From positions 416,001 through 480,000 of the forward strand of contig BK006946.2 of the NCBI GenBank assembly GCA_000146045.2: 64,000 nt of DNA, given 5' to 3'. Origin of the DNA: TPA_inf: Saccharomyces. Lineage: Eukaryota. Every line of letters begins with the position of its first letter. The stretch's first letter is position 1. The notes under the pieces were generated by a model. That model made no database searches and was not told the origin of the DNA. It saw only the letters and a program-made list of their open reading frames with translations. A program made the translations under genes and the position numbers. This document shows positions 10,712-23,207 of this stretch, piece after piece.

Positions 10712-13627
10712 TTATATTCCCAAATTGCTGAAGTCTTTTGACAATTCATGCTTTTGTTCTTCTCTCTGTAACTCTCTCGCGAAGTTAGAGTTCAAATGAG
10801 AAGCCTCCTCCTGGTACAAATTTCTATCGTCAATTTCATTGCGATTTTGCTTTTGAGAAAAAGCACTTTTAAAATTCTCAAAATTCCAATATTCATTATT
10901 GATGTAAGAAGAAAGTTCTGTGTTGTCAACAAATGCATTACCAAAGTCCCCAATTTGACCACTGAATGACACCATACTCTGTGCATCAAAATCCTGGAAC
11001 TTCGGAAAGTCACCCATTTCAGATTCTACGTTAAATTGAGCGTTCATTGGCCGTTCAGTCTTTCTTGGCTGAGGACGAACTAATTGAACAGTGCATAACT
11101 GTAAGTTATCCAACGTACCTTCGACTAAACAACCCTTCTCTCTGAAGTGGATTAACAGATGGTTCCATAATGTGTTTCTTGCCAAAGATCTAGGATTACC
11201 AAGAATAACTAGACCATATTTGGCACGGGTTAGACCCACGTTTAGACGACGAGGATCACGTAAGAAACCAATGGCCTGTTGTTCATTGGCACGAACACAC
11301 GATAAGATTATGTAATCCTTTTCACGACCTTGGAATGCATCAACTGAGGCAACTTCCACTTTGATATACAAATCCTTATCCAATGAACCATTCATTTGCA
11401 TATATTGTAAAATATAAGCTCTTTGTCCCTCATATGGTGTGATAACACCAATTTGCTCGGGCTTGACACCGTCTCTGAAAAGTTTAGTGATGATTCGTTC
11501 ACAATTCATGGCTTCAATTCTGTTTAAGAAGGAAGTACCGTTAGCAGAAATCTCCTCTCTACCGTAATTGGCCCAAAACATCATTGGTATACCGCGAATT
11601 GGCCATGGGAATTTGCTGTTGGGAACGGTACGCTGTTCAATCGTTACACCATTTTGTAGGCTGCCTTCATAAAACATGTTACTTGGAAACTCACTCAAAT
11701 AAGGATTCATACGGTATTGAACTTCCAAACGAATCGGTACGTGGCCTAGAGAGATTAATCTTTCAAAGAGAGATTGTTTCAAACCAGCGTCTGCCGCCTT
11801 TCGTTCCAATATGACTGGGCCCAGTTGCTGGTGATCACCAACAAGTATAACTTGTTTCGCACCTTTAACGATTGGGATTAAACATTCCGGCTCAGAAGCT
11901 TGAGTACTTTCATCAATTAACACAGTCCTAAATTTAGTGTCTAAGCGCTTATCACCAGCACCAACACATGTGCAACATACGACATCTGCCTTATTGAGAA
12001 TTTCTGCTTCTGTTTTCCTTACTAATTTAACAAACCGTTTTGTATCAGAAGCAGATAATTCGCCAACTTCATCCTTTAACTTTAATAGGTTTTTTAATTC
12101 CCCTTTAGCACCACGGCCAACCAAATTATGCAATGCTAAGTTGGAGACGGAACTCTCCACATCTTCTCTACTTTTCGCGGTAAGTCTAACAACTTTTAAA
12201 CCCAAGTCACGTAATTTGGCAGCCAAATGATCTACAGCAACGTTTGATGGGGCACACACCAATATTCTATCCTTGTGTATTTTGGAAAGGTGATACACAA
12301 TCGTTGCTGAAGTAACTGTTTTACCAGTGCCTGGTGGGCCTTGAATTAAAGATAACGGACGTTGTAATACATGACTAACAGCGTTCGACTGGGATGAGTT
12401 TAATTGTGCAAAATTCGGAATTGAAAACTCCTTAGGTAATGGGACATCAAATGAAATGTCAACCACTTGATGGCCTAAAATTTTATAGTACAAATAACCT
12501 GAAATAGATTTTTTATCAATGGCAAATTTTTTCAATGCGTCTTGCATCCTGTCATAAGAGGTACCTTTCCAGATGAACTCAGCAGTAAAACCAGTGGTCA
12601 AATGTGTTGGAGGTGGCGTTTTACTTGGTTTTAACTCTAATGTGAATGTGTCCTGGAAGCTATTTGGTAACCGAACAATGTAACCACGACCTTCCCAATC
12701 AGGATGTTGCATGCCAGAGTACCATAGTATCATTTCATCACCGATGGCAACTTTCAACTCGTTAGATTCGAAAGTAGATAAAGTGAAAGATGCTAAATGC
12801 CTATTATTTAAAGCTAAGGACCATGAAACAGAAATATGTTCTAAAGCTTGAGATTCCTTGAGTTGTTTATCATAGTCGGCCTCCAATTTGATTAAAGGCC
12901 CGTAAGATCTTTGGTATTCGTAGGCGTCTTGATATCTCAATAGTAAAGGTGGGATTGCTTCCTGTTCCTCTGGGGCGTCAATATCATTAATTGTAGCGTC
13001 TTTATTGGATCTCCATTTTGCCTCCAACTTGGAAATTTGGCTAGGAGTGATTAAACGAGCTTTCAATTTTTCTTCTTCAGTTGGTTGCTCTGCGACCCAT
13101 GATAAAAGTTGTCTGTCTTCAATTAATGGTTGCCATTGATCAGTATCCCAGTTCGCATTTTTCGTCTGGGCACAAGGTATTCTACAAAGTAAAACAACCA
13201 CGGCCTCACTTTTAGCGGAAACAAATCCCAATAAAAACACGTTCTTACGTCCACAGTTATAACATTCCAAAACGGTATCCCCTAAGTCAGAATCTGGATG
13301 TAAAGAAACTACGTTATGGTGGGATAAAACTAAGTGATTAACAATGTGGGAGCTGCTTGTACCGTTTTTAGTGTTACAAAACCATTTCTTACATGAATTA
13401 CATTTGATGACACACTTTGCAGAATCTATACCACAATACGCACATGAATTGTCTGAAGCTGAAGGCGAACGGAATCCAGTCTCAGTGACTTGAGCCTCTT
13501 CAAATAGCTGATTATCTACATCGTCATCCTCCACCAAGGTGGAATTTAGTTGTGTTGCGGGTTGGACATTTACATCAGATGGAGAGTTTGATATATCATA
13601 AGGAGTGTGAGAACCGGAACCGACCAT
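10712..13627 (-). CDS. NAM7: Upf1/Nam7 nonsense-mediated decay RNA helicase (Cys/His-rich N-terminal zinc domain plus SF1 helicase)
   Basis: Begins MVGSGSHTPYDISNSPSD at the internal Met (971 aa). CH-rich region; Walker A GPPGTGKT; DEST box VLIDESTQ. Confidence 0.9.
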   Translation of the reverse strand: MVGSGSHTPYDISNSPSDVNVQPATQLNSTLVEDDDVDNQLFEEAQVTETGFRSPSASDNSCAYCGIDSAKCVIKCNSCKKWFCNTKNGTSSSHIVNHLVLSHHNVVSLHPDSDLGDTVLECYNCGRKNVFLLGFVSAKSEAVVVLLCRIPCAQTKNANWDTDQWQPLIEDRQLLSWVAEQPTEEEKLKARLITPSQISKLEAKWRSNKDATINDIDAPEEQEAIPPLLLRYQDAYEYQRSYGPLIKLEADYDKQLKESQALEHISVSWSLALNNRHLASFTLSTFESNELKVAIGDEMILWYSGMQHPDWEGRGYIVRLPNSFQDTFTLELKPSKTPPPTHLTTGFTAEFIWKGTSYDRMQDALKKFAIDKKSISGYLYYKILGHQVVDISFDVPLPKEFSIPNFAQLNSSQSNAVSHVLQRPLSLIQGPPGTGKTVTSATIVYHLSKIHKDRILVCAPSNVAVDHLAAKLRDLGLKVVRLTAKSREDVESSVSNLALHNLVGRGAKGELKNLLKLKDEVGELSASDTKRFVKLVRKTEAEILNKADVVCCTCVGAGDKRLDTKFRTVLIDESTQASEPECLIPIVKGAKQVILVGDHQQLGPVILERKAADAGLKQSLFERLISLGHVPIRLEVQYRMNPYLSEFPSNMFYEGSLQNGVTIEQRTVPNSKFPWPIRGIPMMFWANYGREEISANGTSFLNRIEAMNCERIITKLFRDGVKPEQIGVITPYEGQRAYILQYMQMNGSLDKDLYIKVEVASVDAFQGREKDYIILSCVRANEQQAIGFLRDPRRLNVGLTRAKYGLVILGNPRSLARNTLWNHLLIHFREKGCLVEGTLDNLQLCTVQLVRPQPRKTERPMNAQFNVESEMGDFPKFQDFDAQSMVSFSGQIGDFGNAFVDNTELSSYINNEYWNFENFKSAFSQKQNRNEIDDRNLYQEEASHLNSNFARELQREEQKHELSKDFSNLGI

Positions 13628-14078
13628 TTGATAATGACAATGATTGATGTAATATAAAAAGTATATTCGGTCTTGCTGCCCTTCCTTCTTTCCTGATGAA
13701 ATCTTCAACGTTTGTTGGCTGACAAGAGAAATAGAGTCTTCTGTTAGTGTGCGTTAAAACGATGCCTCTTTTCGCTTTTTTTTTCTCCTTCACAATAGCA
13801 TCGTAAGTTTCTGGTAAGCTTTTCATTTGATCAGTTAGTACGAAAGCGTATAAAGGTGTCCCTCCCAAATCAAGTAAGCAAAGGGAAACTGATGATACTA
13901 AAATAATGTAAATTAAGATTAAACTAAAGTTAAAAGTAAAAGCATTCACTCGTTTAATATTATTGAGTGGATAGTAACTAACTATGTATATTTTCTTTTT
14001 GTTTTTCTTATTTCCCGTTCATGAATTCATTAAAAGTTAGGCGAATTACGGAGTTCGCCAGATGCATATGTTTCGTTT

Positions 14079-15095
14079 TCAATTGGAGAATGAACTCGCT
14101 AGTGACAATTTTATGAATGATTTTCTCCTGGGATTCCTTTCCTCCAGGCAATTAGAAGTGTGAGGACTAGATTCTTCGTTAGAAGAAGCCACACTAGTAT
14201 TCAATGAACTATTGGAAGGAGATTTCACCAAAGAGTTGGAATACGAGTTGTTTCTAGTCTGCAAGGGAGAGGAAGAGGAACCATTGGAAAGAAGCGAAAA
14301 GGATTCTCTTCTTAGATTTGATGGCGTTCGTTCTCTGTGATAGTGGTTAAGGTTTCCACTGTGACCTGGGACGTTATTTGATGATATTTTCCCATGGGAA
14401 ATCAATTTTAGTCGATTATTCTTTTCGTTGGAGAGATAAGACGACGGATATGCAGCCGAACTTGAATTCAGATTCAAATACGAGTTGGAATTCGAGGCGG
14501 GTGTTGAAACAGATGTTAATGGGGAAGTGAGATCATTTGACTGGTCGTTAGCTACTGCTAGAGAGTCTAGCTCGGATGAAACGTATTTTTCAAGGCCGTA
14601 TAGATGTGTTGGTATACCGTAACAGGAAGAATGCCTGGATCTTGGCTTTATGCATTTGTGGTCAAAACAGGAATCCGCCGCGTCGCCCAAGGAAGACTGT
14701 CTTGTGGATTGTCTGGACAACTGGTGAATGAGGGTGCTACTATTTGCTCTTATTCTTCTTGGAGAAGGGCGAATTGGTTCATTGGAATTGTTCGTTGAAT
14801 TTGCTGGGACGAAGCCATACAAGTGATGCGGAGCTGTCTTGATTTTTCTCAAATGGTGGCCAATAGTATGATTGCCTATGTGTCTGCTTGTATTACCGGC
14901 ATTGGTACTGCTGCTGTGGTGAGAATTATTTGATTTCGAGGAATTTTGAAAACTAAAGGACGCTAATTTGGAATTTACAAAATCATTCAAATCATTTGAA
15001 CCTAAAAAACTTTGTACGTCTGTTTCATCTTCATAATCACAATCTTGACAAAATGGATCTTGTACACCTCTTTCAAAAATTTCTGAAGCAATCAT
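14079..15095 (-). CDS. ISF1: Ser/Asn-rich low-complexity protein Isf1/Mbr3
   Basis: 338 aa from the first ATG (the track's first codon is TTG). Very S/N-rich; matches YMR081C. Confidence 0.8.
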   Translation of the reverse strand: MIASEIFERGVQDPFCQDCDYEDETDVQSFLGSNDLNDFVNSKLASFSFQNSSKSNNSHHSSSTNAGNTSRHIGNHTIGHHLRKIKTAPHHLYGFVPANSTNNSNEPIRPSPRRIRANSSTLIHQLSRQSTRQSSLGDAADSCFDHKCIKPRSRHSSCYGIPTHLYGLEKYVSSELDSLAVANDQSNDLTSPLTSVSTPASNSNSYLNLNSSSAAYPSSYLSNEKNNRLKLISHGKISSNNVPGHSGNLNHYHRERTPSNLRRESFSLLSNGSSSSPLQTRNNSYSNSLVKSPSNSSLNTSVASSNEESSPHTSNCLEERNPRRKSFIKLSLASSFSN

Positions 15096-15768
15096 CAAAA
15101 TACAGCGACTATTTCTATTCTTTGATGTTTTTTATTCCACTGAGGAGATAATTATTCAAACTGAAATATTTTACGCAAACCTTTCTATTTATGTGTATTA
15201 CCTTTAATCTAAGTGGTTGTAGCTCATACACTTATTATAATTGGTAGAGAAAGAAGAAAAGAAAAAAAGACAAATTTAAGTAGACTTGAATAAAAGTAAG
15301 ATAGAAAGAGATGTGAGATTTTCAGATGTTTGCTTACAGAAAAAACAAGAGTTCTTAAACATCAAGAAATCGGTAAAAGTGTAATTGTATTTATAATAGT
15401 GAGTTTCGGAACTTAAAAATCCGTTTCCCCGTCAAGAGAAGCAAAGATCAGTTCATATAGTGATTTCCCTTAAAAAGTTACCACAGCTTCTGAATTAACT
15501 GTAATCCTTATCTACTAGTATCAACCAACCCTTGTGTTTTTTTTTTTTCACACTTCCTCTAGGAAAAAATCCAGGAGTAAGACGGCGTTTTTTTCAAATT
15601 TTCTTTCTCCAGTTTTTCCATGCTGGGTTTCTTTTCGTTAATAGTGGTGGGTAAAAGAAAACGTACGAATAAAATGCTGAATGTAGAACATACTGTAGGC
15701 TCATTAATACACAGTAGAACGCAGACCCATTCGAGGGGCTCATTGGAAACACGTAGTCGACATTAGTT

Positions 15769-16152
15769 CTAGATAATCCGCTTGATGGGCCACATATGGT
15801 AATGGCTTCTCGAAGCAGATGTTACGAGCCGCCAGAACGAGGCGGTGGCATCTGCCTCGCGCTGTTTTCTAGCGGCAGAGAAAACCCGTAGATATGTTTC
15901 TAATGCGCGTGTGCGGGGAATTTCGTTGTCACGTTGTTTTGGTAAGTTCCTTCGCTTTCTCGTAAAAATAAGTAAAAATCCGGGGAAACTATTATTTGCG
16001 GTTCGAAATAAAAGCATTTTAATTTCCTTCCTTGGCACATTTCTTGGCCACGGATGACCTAAAACATTGCCAAATAAAAAGGGGTAAGAGAACTTTTGTC
16101 TTATAGTTATTTCAGCGATAGTCATTCTTCCAGTTTCTGTTTTGTAGGACAA
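15769..16152 (-). CDS. Small ORF of unknown function; possibly the dubious/uncharacterised YMR082C
   Basis: ORF in a locally GC-rich patch; no recognisable domain. Start codon uncertain. Confidence 0.25.
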   Translation of the reverse strand: MSYKTETGRMTIAEITIRQKFSYPFLFGNVLGHPWPRNVPRKEIKMLLFRTANNSFPGFLLIFTRKRRNLPKQRDNEIPRTRALETYLRVFSAARKQREADATASFWRLVTSASRSHYHMWPIKRII

Positions 16153-18787
16153 GGGGATTGCTGCTTAGATAATCAGTGCCGCAAGAAATCTCAGATGTGG
16201 GGCCAAAGGTAAAAAATAAAAAATAAAACTGAAAGATAAAAAATAAAAAAAAGATCGTCTCACGTACATCGTATCTGCTCGAGTGAAATCACTGTATGGT
16301 AAAAATGTATTATGCATCTCTTGTTAGCATTAAATGAGCGTAAAGCCGCATTTGTGTAGGTGGACTATCATTGATAAGGAATTCAACTTGATTTGAGTCA
16401 TATTCTTCCGAATGATTTCTGGTTTAGTTTTAAGTTTTCCCTTTTGCCCCGCTAGGATCTAGTTTGTCTATTCAAATTACAGTGCATGAAAGTTAACTTC
16501 GAATTGATAGGGATGCGTCGCTACGCTCACGGGACAGCTCATAAACACAAGGAGCTTAATGAGCTGCAACGCTAAAAAGGGGTAGAATGATTAAAAAAAA
16601 ATCTTGGACAGCGGGCCACTGATACCACGGTAGGGACCAAATACTTCCAGAAGCTTTCGTGAGATACGAAACATTACTATAGTTTTACTGCATGTTTACA
16701 AGGCAAACATTAAACTTTAATAGCAAAAAGTCATTTTTTTGTGGATTTTAAATGCAACGTTGCTCCTCACCTGCATCTTGTAAGCTCTAAGTTTTGATTG
16801 AGCATATTTATAATGTTGCTACGAGTTATTTATTCGGGAACTTTATGGTCTCGGAGCGACAATTTTGTTATCATAATGTCATATTATAATGTGATACATC
16901 GTCTGAAGAAGAGAATGCTTTCGAAAAATTCACCTTAACGCTATGATCGAGGTTTGCTAACTCAGGGTAAATAAATATTACATTTGTGATATTTCGGCGG
17001 TTGTGCCTCTTTTACTACTTTACAATTAGTTACAATTTCTTTTTCTTGAGTTACTTTTCCTCAAAAAGAAAAAAAAAAGAAGAAAGGCAAACCTAAACTA
17101 ACTTATGATAATATAGAAATATTCAAAGCTAAATAAAAGTAATTCTGGTCTTGACCAACCGTGATGTTCAAAATCACTCGACCAATTTTCACTACGTCGT
17201 CCTGACAGCCCATAGATGGGATACCAGTTCATTAGTCCAAGGAGTAGCTTCCTTCAAGATTTTCTTTTTTAAGTAGTAAATCCATATCAAGAAGTGTTAT
17301 GAAACATATTATTGGAGGCATGCACTATTACCTAACGTCGCCATATGCGCTCGTATCGATTGTATCGATTGTTACGGGTTCTCTTCCACCCCTGTAGCGC
17401 TGTCTGTGAAGCTTTCTTATTACACATCTCCGCGTTCATTGACGTCAATCTTTTTAGAAGGGATCCTGATCACGAAGGAACGCATAGTGCATCGCTTAAC
17501 CTGGCTAGTTGGTTGCAAAGGAATGCTATTTTTAAATACTAGCGTCTTGCAAATAAACAATCGGATATGAAAACAATATGACGTATTATATCGGCTCGTA
17601 TTAATTACATTATACTGATTTTTAAAGGAATCATATAGCATGGGTCTTTGCACAATGCATTACGTGGGAGCACATCCCTTTGAAACGCACCCACGCATTT
17701 GCTAAAGAAAAAGAAAGTAATAAAATAAAAGAGGGCAAAAGAAAGAAGGACAAGAGAAATTCTTCGCCACGGCATTGAATCTATTTCTCCTTACGAAAAA
17801 AAAGATCAAGGAAACATGTCGGAAACAAATGGGAAACAACAAAAAGGACTTATCATTCCTACTTTTTTGTCGAGGGCATTTGTCGAGGGTAATACTGCAT
17901 ACTGCCTATTGTCGGTCCCGCAGAATTAATAGTGGCTGCTCATACACAACGAAAAAAATTGTTAACAAAATAGAAGGATTCGTCTATGCCCTTTTTTCAG
18001 TGCGGAAATTATATACCACACAAGCCGTCGAAGCCCATAGGGTCCTTTAACAATAAAGACTCTCCTAAAAAAATTTTTCTTGTGACACGTCAGTGCAGGA
18101 TATAAATGTAGCAAGCGTATATAACAAATGACAAAGGGTTCTTGCGCAAGGTTACTTTAGCGTTGCTGGATAATGATCGGATTGTTTTTAGATCACGATA
18201 GCACATTTGAGGAATCGTATCGAAACGGACAGGGCAAGAGTACGAGGGCGAAATGAACTTATAACACCATTGATATTTTCTCCTCAATCTTATCATTCCA
18301 CGCACATTATTTTCCTACTATGTTATGCGGGAACAGTTCCTAAGGAATTTTTCTAATGGCATTTCGGCAGCGTCATCAAATGTACGCACCCACTTCAAGT
18401 GATCATTCGCTCGTTACTACCTATCACGTGTCGCATCACTCGCGACGTCCATGCGCATGCTGTGCCGCAGGAGAATTCGAGATGCGAATGAGCAGCAGCC
18501 ATTTTGATGTTGTGAGCATCGGAACGTTTCTGCGTCCGTACACTGTCCTTTTGTTACTTAGATAATGGCTAAGGCAAGCAGTCCGGGCCACAGGAGTCAA
18601 AGGCTTTTCGCCAGCTCCTAAACGCTGGAAGTGTAATTTTTTTTCGTCTTATAAAATTAAACAAACCCTTTTAGAAAGGAACACTCGCTTTATCTCTTCG
18701 ACCGAATTTACTATACATGGATATATATATATTATCTTCTGTTCACAGTTAAAACTAGGAATAGTATAGTCATAAGTTAACACCATC

Positions 18788-19915
18788 ATGTTGAGAACGT
18801 CAACATTGTTCACCAGGCGTGTCCAACCAAGCCTATTTTCTAGAAACATTCTTAGATTGCAATCCACAGCTGCAATCCCTAAGACTCAAAAAGGTGTCAT
18901 CTTTTATGAGAATAAGGGGAAGCTGCATTACAAAGATATCCCTGTCCCCGAGCCTAAGCCAAATGAAATTTTAATCAACGTTAAATATTCTGGTGTATGT
19001 CACACCGATTTACATGCTTGGCACGGCGATTGGCCATTACCTGTTAAACTACCATTAGTAGGTGGTCATGAAGGTGCTGGTGTAGTTGTCAAACTAGGTT
19101 CCAATGTCAAGGGCTGGAAAGTCGGTGATTTAGCAGGTATCAAATGGCTGAACGGTTCTTGTATGACATGCGAATTCTGTGAATCAGGTCATGAATCAAA
19201 TTGTCCAGATGCTGATTTATCTGGTTACACTCATGATGGTTCTTTCCAACAATTTGCGACCGCTGATGCTATTCAAGCCGCCAAAATTCAACAGGGTACC
19301 GACTTGGCCGAAGTAGCCCCAATATTATGTGCTGGTGTTACTGTATATAAAGCACTAAAAGAGGCAGACTTGAAAGCTGGTGACTGGGTTGCCATCTCTG
19401 GTGCTGCAGGTGGCTTGGGTTCCTTGGCCGTTCAATATGCAACTGCGATGGGTTACAGAGTTCTAGGTATTGATGCAGGTGAGGAAAAGGAAAAACTTTT
19501 CAAGAAATTGGGGGGTGAAGTATTCATCGACTTTACTAAAACAAAGAATATGGTTTCTGACATTCAAGAAGCTACCAAAGGTGGCCCTCATGGTGTCATT
19601 AACGTTTCCGTTTCTGAAGCCGCTATTTCTCTATCTACGGAATATGTTAGACCATGTGGTACCGTCGTTTTGGTTGGTTTGCCCGCTAACGCCTACGTTA
19701 AATCAGAGGTATTCTCTCATGTGGTGAAGTCCATCAATATCAAGGGTTCTTATGTTGGTAACAGAGCTGATACGAGAGAAGCCTTAGACTTCTTTAGCAG
19801 AGGTTTGATCAAATCACCAATCAAAATTGTTGGATTATCTGAATTACCAAAGGTTTATGACTTGATGGAAAAGGGCAAGATTTTGGGTAGATACGTCGTC
19901 GATACTAGTAAATAA
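18788..19915 (+). CDS. ADH3: Mitochondrial zinc alcohol dehydrogenase III
   Basis: 375 aa. N-terminal presequence [27 protein letters not shown]. Zn-ADH motifs GHEGAGVV and GAAGGLG. Confidence 0.92.
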
Positions 19916-20627
19916 TAGCGTGTTACGCACCCAAACTTTTTATGAAAGTCTTTGTTTATAATGATGAGGTTTATAAATATATAGTGGAGCAAAGATTAAT
20001 CACTAAATCAAGAAGCAGTACCAGTATTTTTTCTATATCAAGTAGTGATAATGGAAATAGCCCAAATTTGGCTTCCGTCGACACATAGAACGTTTGAGAG
20101 ACATTATCACCATCAAGCATCGAGCCGCCCAAACCTAACCGTATAAGTTTTTTCACGTTTTTGATTTTTCCTTGCACACTTCGATATTACTCTCACGATA
20201 AAAGGGCCGAAGAGAATATTTTTCTTGAACATCCAGAATTTTAATTCGGAGAAATTTCACAAGCCGCCGATTTAAGGGTCCTGTGTTCTTAATAATCAGC
20301 CTCTCTCAAAGCAGGTAAGAGGCAGTCTTTCTTTTAACAATAGGAGACATTCGAACTAAAACATCAGCCCCAAAAATGCGCTTGAAGGTCATTAGGATTT
20401 GGATTTCTTCCTCATTTTTAAAGGCGCCCCTTTTCGTTTTAGTCATGCTGGGCTAGACTAGCACGTAGTGTATGGAATCAAACTGATGCCGTCCCCTGAA
20501 TTATATTTACAATTCAGAAACGTCTTTGAACATTTATAATTAAATTATAAAACAAAAGGAATTTGTAAAAAAGACTTTCAAAAGATGATCCAATAAACTA
20601 GATTAAAAACCCAATATAAGAAGAAGA

Positions 20628-21416
20628 ATGTGTGGCATTTTTGGCTATTGCAATTTTTTAATTGAGAAGACAAGAGGAGAAATCATCGACACTTTAATCG
20701 AAGGGTTACAGGCATTGGAGTACAAGGAATATGACTCCAGTGGAATTTCGATCCAAGGTGATGAGCTGGAGTCTCTCAATATTTATAAGCAAACCGGTAA
20801 AATAAGCAGTTTGAAGGAAGAAATCGACCTTTACAATCTTAATAAGAACCTGCCCTTTATTTCGCATTGTGGCATTGCCCATACTAGGCGGGCAACACAT
20901 GGAGGGCTAAGACGTGCAAATTGTCATCCACATAACTCAGATCCATCTAATGAATTTGTTGTGGTACACAACGGGGTTATTACCAACTTCGCTAATTTGA
21001 AAGCCTTATTGATGGCAAAGGGCTATGTGTTCAAAAGTGACACTGATACCGAATGTATTCCTAAACTGTACAAACACATTTATGATACAAGCATTGAACT
21101 CGGGTACAACCTCGATTTCCATGTATTAACAAATTTAGTACTTAAAGAATTGGAAGGCTCTTATGGTCTGCTATGCACTTCTTCTCATTTTCCCGATGAA
21201 GTGGTTGCCGCAAGAAAGGGTTCCCCGTTAGTTATTGGTGTTAAAGGTAAAACTGACATGGACGTAAACTTTGTCGAGGTGGAATATTTGGATCAAGAAG
21301 AAGACTACTTGAAGCTTAATACTCAAACCAAGAGTTCTGGTAATGTCTTGGCTGCCGCACCTGTAAAATATAACACTTGTTTAAGGAAGTCACCCCCCTT
21401 CGTTCACAATACCTGA
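20628..21416 (+). pseudogene. YMR084W: N-terminal (glutaminase, Ntn-type) portion of a GFA1-paralogous glutamine:fructose-6-phosphate amidotransferase, ended by a frameshift
   Basis: Starts MCGIFGY (catalytic Cys2) and is collinear with Gfa1 residues 1–~260. It stops where the reading frame jumps. Confidence 0.8.
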
Positions 21417-21490
21417 GAAACTCTACAACTTCTACATTCAATCATGGCTCATCCACAGAAACGCCAGCCGAGAACGGCTTGCCGCGACCC

Positions 21491-22789
21491 ATGGAATTCT
21501 ATTTGTCATCCGATTGTGCATCACTAGCGCGGTATGTGAGTAAAGTAGTATATTTGGAGGATAATGATATTGCCCATATCTATGATGGGGAGCTTCATAT
21601 CCATTGTTCTAAAATTGGTTCCGAGGACTTTTCATTTAGAACAGTTCAAAAATTAGAATTGGAGTTGTCCAAAATCAAAAAAGGCCCTTACGATAATTTT
21701 ATGCAAAAGGAAATATACGAGCAGTGTGAAACAACAAAAAATGTCATGAGAGGAAGAGTTGACGCCTTTACAAACAGAGTAGTTTTGGGAGGACTAGAAA
21801 ATTGGTTGACAGAATTGAGAAGAGCAAAACGAATAATAATGATTGCATCCAAGGCCTCCTTCCATTCATGCCTAGCTGCCCGTCCCATCTTTGAGGAGTT
21901 AATGGAAGTTCCAGTAAACGTTGAATTGGCCTTGGATTTTGTTGACCGCAATTGTTGCATTTTCAGGAACGATGTTTGCATATTTGTTTCTCGAAGTGGG
22001 GAGACAACTGATACAATTAATGCTTTGAACTACTGTATCAAAAAAGAGGCAGTCACAATCGGGGTAGTTAATTGCAGCGGTTCCTCTATCTCAAGATTTA
22101 CACATTGCGGTGTTCATACAAACACAGGCCCCGAGAAAGGTATTGCAACAACCAAGTCTTATACTTCTCAATACATCGCTTTAGTCATGATTGCCCTATG
22201 GATGTCGGAAGATTTGGTGTCTAAAATAGAAAGGAGGAAAGAAATAATTCAAGCCTTAACTATAGTCCCAAGCCAAATAAAAGAAGTTTTGGAGCTTGAA
22301 CCATTGATTATTGAATTGTGTGACAAGAAACTAAAACAGCATGATACATTTTTGCTTTTAGGAAGAGGTTACCAATTTGCCTCTGCTTTGGAAGGCGCCT
22401 CGAAGATGAAAGAAATTTCTTACGTGCATTCTGAAAGTATTCTTACCAACGAGCTAGGACACAGAGTCCTAGCTGTGGCATCTGATAATCCGCCAATTAT
22501 CGCCTTTGCGACAAAGGATGCTTTTTCGCCCAAAATCGCGTCTTGCATTGACCAAATAATAGAAAGGAAGGGCAATCCGATTATCATTTGTAACAAGGGG
22601 CATAAGATATGGGAGCAAGACAAACAAAAAGGAAACGTTGTTACACTCGAGGTACCCCAAACCGTAGATTGTCTCCAAGGGATACTTAACGTTATTCCTT
22701 TACAATTAATTTCTTACTGGTTAGCGATCAAGAAAGACATCGGAGTTGATTTGCCAAGGGACTCGGCGATGTCGGCCCCGGATATATAA
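21491..22789 (+). pseudogene. YMR085W: C-terminal (tandem SIS/isomerase domain) portion of the same GFA1 paralogue, in the +1 frame
   Basis: MEFYLSSD... aligns with Gfa1 ...VEFFVSSD... and continues to the Gfa1-like C-terminus ...PRDSAMSAPDI. 432 aa from the first ATG; the frame is open from 21377. Confidence 0.8.
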
Positions 22790-23207
22790 AAAAGTGTTCT
22801 TTAATTCCTTCTAATTTCATTAAAACAAGTACTTATATTTTGGGCAGTATGTAGAATAGATGTTCACACTCTATAGCCAAATAACTTAATTATTGGTCAA
22901 GGTAATCTCTTGCAATTGGTGTCACTGCCACATCTTTTAACGTCAACAGTAAATCCGCAAAATCCCGTCGCGTCGCCGCTAAGCAGGCCCAATTTTAGCT
23001 CACTGCGGCAGCGGGCTGGCCGTGTGGCGCGAGGGTCAACATGCAAAAAAGGACGATAGATAACCTTAAAGGAAGTATTCATTTCTTCGCTAAATTTTCA
23101 GTGCTCCCTTACTTTACCGACAAATTGGATAAAAACATATAAAACACAACAGCAACACGTAGCCATACCAACCAATTCCACAAATCACCAGCCGTTCGTT
23201 CCTAAAA

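Noticed and set aside
16200-16260. A-rich run (aaaaaataaaaaataaaactgaaagataaaaaataaaaaaaag) considered as a possible repeat element
   Set aside because: It is a simple poly(A)-type tract, typical of yeast intergenic nucleosome-free regions. It has no higher-order periodicity or flanking structure.
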